12,117 bases of DNA, taken from NCBI GenBank assembly GCA_004431415.1, contig QPMI01000443.1:1-12117 (forward strand), given 5' to 3'. This document shows, one piece after another, positions 9,201-12,117 of this stretch; position 1 is the stretch's first letter; each line of letters opens with the position of its first letter. A program made the position numbers and the translations under genes. This DNA is from Cyanophora paradoxa CCMP329 (Eukaryota; Plantae; Glaucophyta). Under the pieces are notes generated by a model, which saw only the letters and a list, made by a program, of their open reading frames with translations, was not told the DNA's origin and did no database searches.

Positions 9201-12117
9201 GTTAGCTTCTTGCTCAATAAGTCACGCAACATTGCAGCCGCCGTTCCTGGAGGTCGACGGAGGCACGACCGTTTACTCGAAGGCATCGACCCTAACCACC
9301 ATTAAGGTCGTAGTACAGGTTCGCCTAACAATTCATTCCAATTCCGGATCCTGTGCACCGTTCCGTGAATTCAAATCTCGCAGCGGACAACTTGCACAAG
9401 GAACTCGACGACCCTGAAGCATGTAAGGCCCTCGCGCTCTTTCGTTAACGTGTTCTTTCTTTGCGGAGAAATATTTACGGTGTGCTGCGGCGCAGTTGTC
9501 ATCCTCCGTGGCTTCCAGTGGCTCCGCGCATCGGACATGGAGGCGCAATGGCACCTGCCTGACTCCGCACTGGAGTTCTTGCCCAGCACTGTCGAGCTGG
9601 ACAATCCGACGCTGCTTATCGTGCGAACCGTTTGTATCGGCGTACTGATATTTACAAATGCTTTTTGAAATTAACTCATCATCATCGCACTGCAGCCGAA
9701 AAATACGCTGCAGCCCAACAGCCAGTTCACGATGACAATGACAGCCGCGATCTGCAGCAGCCCGACACGCCATCGGTGAACTCGCTTGACGTCGTGAATT
9801 TAGCCGAGTTCTGATGCGCGTGCTACGAATGACTCAGGCATTTATCAATGTGACGCTTGTGATATTGAGCGAAGACCTGGATGCTCGGATTGCTGGCGGG
9901 AATCGCGTCGTCTCGCCCACCCGCACCTTCATTTTGGACGCAAGCCTGAGCCGAGATCCGGACTACACGGCGTCCGCAGACGAGGGAGGCATCGCGCTCG
10001 TCAGCAGCGTTTTCAAGTATCGGTGGGAGTTCCAAAAGGTCGCCACGGATGCAGCAGCCGCGGCGGCCGCCTCGGTCGAGGGCAGCCCCGATGAGCTCAT
10101 GGCGACAATTGAGGCGGCACAGCCAACTCTCACAGTCGATCCGAAAGAGCTGGGCCTCGAGGCAGGCACCGCGTACTCCGTTACATTGAGCCTCTTCTCC
10201 GCGCGCTTCCGCGTGGGCGTGCCCGAGGGCAACGCGACGGACAGCACCTCCGTGATCATTACGCTTGCTCAGGAAAGCGTTCCTGTCGTCTTCATCACGG
10301 TGCGCTCGAGACCGCGGATCGCGTTTAAATTTATCGTTTTGCCAGCTGAACATCGATATCTGCAGTCAACGTTCCCCGCTGACCCGACCTACGCAATCGA
10401 GGAGCTCGGCATTTGGGTGCGCTTTAAATTCTGAGCTCGGAACTTACATTAAGAGCGCGCGCATTGCTCGAAGCCCTCAACTGCGGACGCAGATCCGATG
10501 CGAGGCCTCCCAGCCGGATAGGCCCGAGAGCTCTGCGGACGACCTCGTCTTCGTTTGGTCGAGCGCCGACGGAGACGAAACGATCGCCAATATCTCCAGG
10601 TACGTCCGGAGAAGTCGTACGCGTAAAGAAAACAACCCAGAATATTAAATTGAAGTATTTCTGCGCAGCCTTGCCGTCCGAACTTCGGCGAACTCTTCCA
10701 CTCTCATTATAAACAAGAAACTTTCTTCAGCGTCTTTCATCTCGCTTGATCGGCTATACCGGTGCACATCTTCTAATTCTGGTAGCTTACTCCGAGCTTA
10801 TGTCTTACACTTCACTATCGATATCAGAATTCGGTGCAGCGCGTACGCCAAGGACCAGGGTCCTACGCGGAGCGGTGCACGGCTTGCATTGAATTTATGA
10901 TTAGCAACTTCGACGTCGCTGTCTCTAAACTGCCAACGCTTCTGCGCAGCCTCACAAGATACGTCGATTCGCGTCATCTCGGGACCAATCCCGGGCGAAT
11001 GCACAGTCAACCCCCCGGTAGGCATCGCTCTCCAGACGCAGGTGCGAGATCGGACGCTCGTTTAAATTTTGCAAACGCATCGAGATCCGTTGACGTCAAT
11101 CGCACCTTTTGGCAGTTCGTTGTCACGTGCACGAATTGGATATCCCAGTATACATCGGACCCGTTGCTGTACAAATTGCAGGTCTGCGACTGAATTTCTG
11201 CACTCTGTCTGGCCTTGGGTAGAAAACAAAGCGCCTTGATGACTGATCATGAGCTTTCAGATTATTCCCCCCGCGAGCCGCCCCGGCGTTTTCGTGACAC
11301 AAAGCCAGCCAAACTCCGCCCCGGTCGTGCGCGCCGTGCTGCCTCGCGGAGAGGGCGAAGACCGCACAGTTCGCATGGTGATTATCGTGAAAGACATCTA
11401 CAACGCTTCTACGGGTAGAATACACCAATCCCCGCTCCGATTTTCGATCACATTCTCACACCCTTGCTGCAGAGTATTACTTGAACGCGACGTCCGATCT
11501 GGAGCAGAGCGTGGAGGGGCTGGACCCGGTCCAGCTGAAATCCTCCGTGCTCGACATCCTGGGCATCGGCTCGAGGTCCATCGCCGTCACCGACAGCGAC
11601 GGCGACCTGGAGGCATCTCTCGCCGCCATCGGAAACACCGCGGTCACGATTTCCGGTGCGCACTTGAAAGCATGAGAATCGAAGCTGCGGCTGCTGGCCA
11701 GGGGTCTCGAATGGAGTTTGATTTCGCGCAGACATTTTGGACAGTTACATCGGGGCCGGCACAGACACCGCTTATCGAACGGTGTCGCACCTGGATCGGG
11801 ACCCCGACTCTACGAAGTCCGCACGTTTTGCGGACAGCGATTTCTTTGATAATACTTTCAGCCACTAATAATCGATTGCAGAAAAATAGAAGAGACTCTG
11901 GCACCGATGCTCAAGGTTATTAGCTGTGCGCCAGTTCATTGCTCTGTGCGTGGGTTGCCGAACCTGCAGCTGATCATGGGGCTGCACCGTGGCACCTGCA
12001 GCTGTCGGGGCGAACAACCGCTCCTCCAAGTTTCAGCTCGTCCAGGCCGTCTCGGTCAGCACCGCGCTGACGCGCGTCGTCACACGGTTCGTCTTCACTG
12101 AACGTGACGTCGACACG
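1..12117 (+). CDS. Partial (5' and 3' incomplete) multi-exon gene for a giant polycystin-1/PKDREJ-like REJ-domain cell-surface protein with ~21 tandem Ig-like repeats; ~41 exons, ~3,100 aa in window
   Basis: Exons join in phase through GT/GC-AG introns across the window, apart from two apparent 1-nt deletions. The spliced product has REJ hallmarks: ARIAGGNRVV..FILDASLSRDPD..KYRWEF, LLIPKNTLQPNSQFTMTMTA, GPIPGECTVNPPVGIALQTQFVVTCTNW..DPLLYKL, LPRGE..RMVIIVKDIYNA. Many N-x-S/T sequons. Confidence 0.88.
342..385 (+). CDS. Exon: (G)LDIVQHVQLLYTHK
   Basis: Acceptor ctgaccgctgaacag ends at 341; donor gtgcgc at 386; phases fit both neighbours. Confidence 0.55.
522..742 (+). CDS. Exon: MYDSIELNGQRANNDTNAYLAVWGD... 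(3' boundary uncertain)
   Basis: Acceptor tgtgcag ends at 521; frame 3 is open; donor gtggtt at 743 is tentative. Confidence 0.5.
794..827 (+). CDS. Tentative small exon: ATCYVRCIISP
   Basis: cag ends at 793; donor gtgcgt at 828; in phase with the exon at 908. Confidence 0.4.
908..962 (+). CDS. Exon: PFMKVGLLPDDFNITISG
   Basis: cag|...|gtgttg; contains the repeat motif LLPxDF. Confidence 0.75.
1030..1082 (+). CDS. Exon: (G)KIFKATSDGSNVILDIQ
   Basis: ctcag acceptor; GC donor cag|gcgggc. Confidence 0.72.
1136..1324 (+). CDS. Exon: GDLASAVPGSNALVIDVRYY...SRFDVS
   Basis: ttgcag acceptor; gtctgt donor. Confidence 0.78.
1378..1956 (+). CDS. Exon: REPFLLPIEF...GPADLTFI, with an apparent 1-nt deletion at 1746-1750 (or a 44-nt intron at 1741-1784)
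   Basis: cacag acceptor; frame 1 switches to frame 3 near 1750; gtgcgc donor at 1957. Confidence 0.75.
2021..2202 (+). CDS. Exon: SARLWCFYDK...SKPLLPSDF...MAGGN
   Basis: gcgcag acceptor; gtgcga donor; repeat motif present. Confidence 0.85.
2259..2435 (+). CDS. Exon: VTFSLPNTG...YSPAVGGG...TTTCH
   Basis: agcag acceptor; gtgagt donor. Confidence 0.85.
2511..3524 (+). CDS. Exon: VTKNANS...NGIYT (~3.5 repeats)
   Basis: ttag acceptor; gtgcgt donor; long open frame 3. Confidence 0.88.
3594..3671 (+). CDS. Exon: IFWSSIVVDE...TTISI
   Basis: gacag acceptor; gtgcgc donor. Confidence 0.78.
3747..3946 (+). CDS. Exon: IDVTLSCAGK...NQFSFT
   Basis: ccgcag acceptor; gtacgc donor. Confidence 0.82.
4010..4422 (+). 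CDS. Exon: YTVLDPP...GTPPLDVV
   Basis: cccag acceptor; gtccgc donor. Confidence 0.85.
4494..4612 (+). CDS. Exon: DVRATTPITCDKTRVGLNSIITCEVFKSDSSPPLQRTDFL
   Basis: cgcag acceptor; gtgcgt donor; full repeat Cys motif (missed by the ORF track). Confidence 0.85.
4690..4775 (+). CDS. Exon: DPYFNRLSE...PTVVNG
   Basis: gacag acceptor; gtgcgc donor. Confidence 0.8.
4840..4967 (+). CDS. Exon: PAFEFRLRWAPELVAG...VQCSNSRRNPAAL
   Basis: ggcag acceptor; gtgagc donor; frame 2. Confidence 0.82.
5050..5246 (+). CDS. Exon: ATCQVSPVANSAPLQVTDL...AQWSEE
   Basis: ccgcag acceptor; GC donor gcaagc; restores WSEE|LGNG. Confidence 0.78.
5313..5849 (+). CDS. Exon: LGNGTLTSLPVTIVDAVLNC...SEPGI
   Basis: cgtag acceptor; gtgcgc donor. 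Confidence 0.87.
5922..7448 (+). CDS. Largest exon (1,527 nt, ~5 repeats): IIAEVNATT...NGERVE
   Basis: gaag acceptor; gtaatc donor; open frame 3. Confidence 0.9.
7515..8282 (+). CDS. Exon: IQWHSSLTGG...DAPQPLQ (last repeats)
   Basis: ttgcag acceptor; GC donor cag|gcaagc. Confidence 0.85.
8348..8393 (+). CDS. Exon: VQGSMTIISSYVLDN
   Basis: cgtag acceptor; gtgccc donor. Confidence 0.72.
8461..8565 (+). CDS. Exon: GIQVAVTFNYP...AAKLGT
   Basis: ttatcag acceptor with gctaa branch-like site upstream; GC donor gcgagt. Confidence 0.75.
8639..8787 (+). CDS. Exon: GATAFWSGQDTIVF...RGFFI
   Basis: ctcag acceptor; gtgcgc donor. Confidence 0.8.
8834..9160 (+). CDS. Exon: VSVGDNFAPV...GRRPLTYYWSC...ARNYLG...SGLF
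   Basis: cccag acceptor; gtgcgc donor; PKD/Ig-like motifs. Confidence 0.85.
9238..9318 (+). CDS. Exon: PPFLEVDGG...IKVVVQ
   Basis: ttgcag acceptor; gttcgc donor. Confidence 0.8.
9384..9422 (+). CDS. Small exon: RTTCTRNSTTLKH
   Basis: cgcag acceptor; gtaagg donor. Confidence 0.62.
9519..9620 (+). CDS. Exon: WLRASDMEAQW...DNPTLLI (5' boundary uncertain)
   Basis: In-phase acceptor ttccag ends at 9518 (the cag at 9495 is out of phase); gtgcga donor. Confidence 0.65.
9696..9775 (+). CDS. Exon: PKNTLQPNSQFTMTMTA-x-DLQQPDTPS (apparent 1-nt deletion ~9745-9748)
   Basis: ctgcag acceptor; gtgaac donor; REJ motif LxIPxxTLxP. Confidence 0.7.
9838..10299 (+). CDS. Exon: AFINVTLVILSEDLDARIAGGNR...LDASLSRDPD...PVVFIT (REJ core)
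   Basis: ctcag acceptor; gtgcgc donor; LDASxSxDPD motif. Confidence 0.9.
10366..10416 (+). CDS. Exon: STFPADPTYAIEELGIW
   Basis: ctgcag acceptor; gtgcgc donor. Confidence 0.78.
10493..10599 (+). CDS. Exon: IRCEASQPD...LVFVWSS...ANIS
   Basis: cgcag acceptor; gtacgt donor. Confidence 0.83.
10669..10761 (+). CDS. Exon: LAVRTSANSSTLIINKK...LDRLY
   Basis: gcgcag acceptor; gtgcac donor. Confidence 0.72.
10828..10874 (+). CDS. Exon: (R)IRCSAYAKDQGPTRS
   Basis: atcag acceptor; gtgcac donor. Confidence 0.72.
10950..11041 (+). CDS. Exon: ASQDTSIRVISGPIPGECTVNPPVGIALQTQ
   Basis: gcgcag acceptor; gtgcga donor; REJ motif PxxGxCxVxPxxG. Confidence 0.86.
11116..11181 (+). CDS. Exon: FVVTCTNWISQYTSDPLLYKLQ
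   Basis: ggcag acceptor; gtctgc donor; REJ motif FxxxCxxW...PLxY. Confidence 0.86.
11261..11414 (+). CDS. Exon: IIPPASRPG...LPRGEGEDRTVRMVIIVKDIYNAST
   Basis: tttcag acceptor; gtagaa donor; REJ C-terminal LPxG...VxD motif. Confidence 0.85.
11473..11655 (+). CDS. Exon: EYYLNATSDLEQ...NTAVTIS
   Basis: ctgcag acceptor; gtgcgc donor. Confidence 0.83.
11732..11816 (+). CDS. Exon: DILDSYIGAG...RDPDSTK
   Basis: gcgcag acceptor; gtccgc donor. Confidence 0.72.
11882..11925 (+). CDS. Exon: KIEETLAPMLKVIS
   Basis: ttgcag acceptor; gtgcgc donor. Confidence 0.72.
12002..12117 (+). CDS. Exon (3' partial): SVGANNRSSKFQLVQAVSVSTALTRVV...
   Basis: ctgcag acceptor ends at 12001; frame stays open to the window end. 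Confidence 0.75.

Larger units (their letters stand above)
9238..11414 (+). other. REJ (receptor for egg jelly) module, as in polycystin-1/PKDREJ
   Basis: Ordered REJ-typical motifs recognised by eye across 12 exons; boundaries are approximate. Confidence 0.85.

Noticed and set aside
10051-10071. Ala7 tract within REJ
   Set aside because: Short mixed-codon low-complexity loop insertion; common and uninformative.
290-12001. Introner-like family of repeated introns
   Set aside because: Introns are similar in length but share only short matches near splice sites (gcaagcact, ttctgcgcagcct, ttttggcag); I saw no common body or terminal repeats.
1-12117. Reading the ORF track as a prokaryotic or viral operon of several surface proteins
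   Set aside because: ORFs break exactly at GT/GC...AG segments, and splicing restores continuous motifs.
1-12117. Alternative genetic code or stop-codon readthrough
   Set aside because: Apart from stops reached only through the two apparent frameshifts, in-frame stops fall within predicted introns, so the standard code is sufficient.

Overview
This window is eukaryotic DNA: GC-rich exons and short, mostly more AT-rich introns, typical of a protist or alga. It lies entirely inside one very large, intron-dense gene on the + strand; neither the start nor the stop codon is in the window. Manual splice reconstruction gives about 41 exons and 40 introns (46-136 nt) and about 3,100 aa of partial protein. 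The protein has about 21 tandem copies of a divergent ~100-aa beta-rich, Ig-like extracellular repeat (about 908-8282). These are followed by a recognisable REJ (polycystin-1/PKDREJ-type) module (about 9238-11414) and the start of a probably helical post-REJ region. Notable points: a repeat family I do not recognise, with a Cys pair that is kept or lost together; a GTGCG-dominated donor consensus; 4 GC-AG introns; two apparent single-base frameshifts; and five in-frame, stop-free introns. The many ORFs in the track are exon fragments or antisense shadows, not separate genes.
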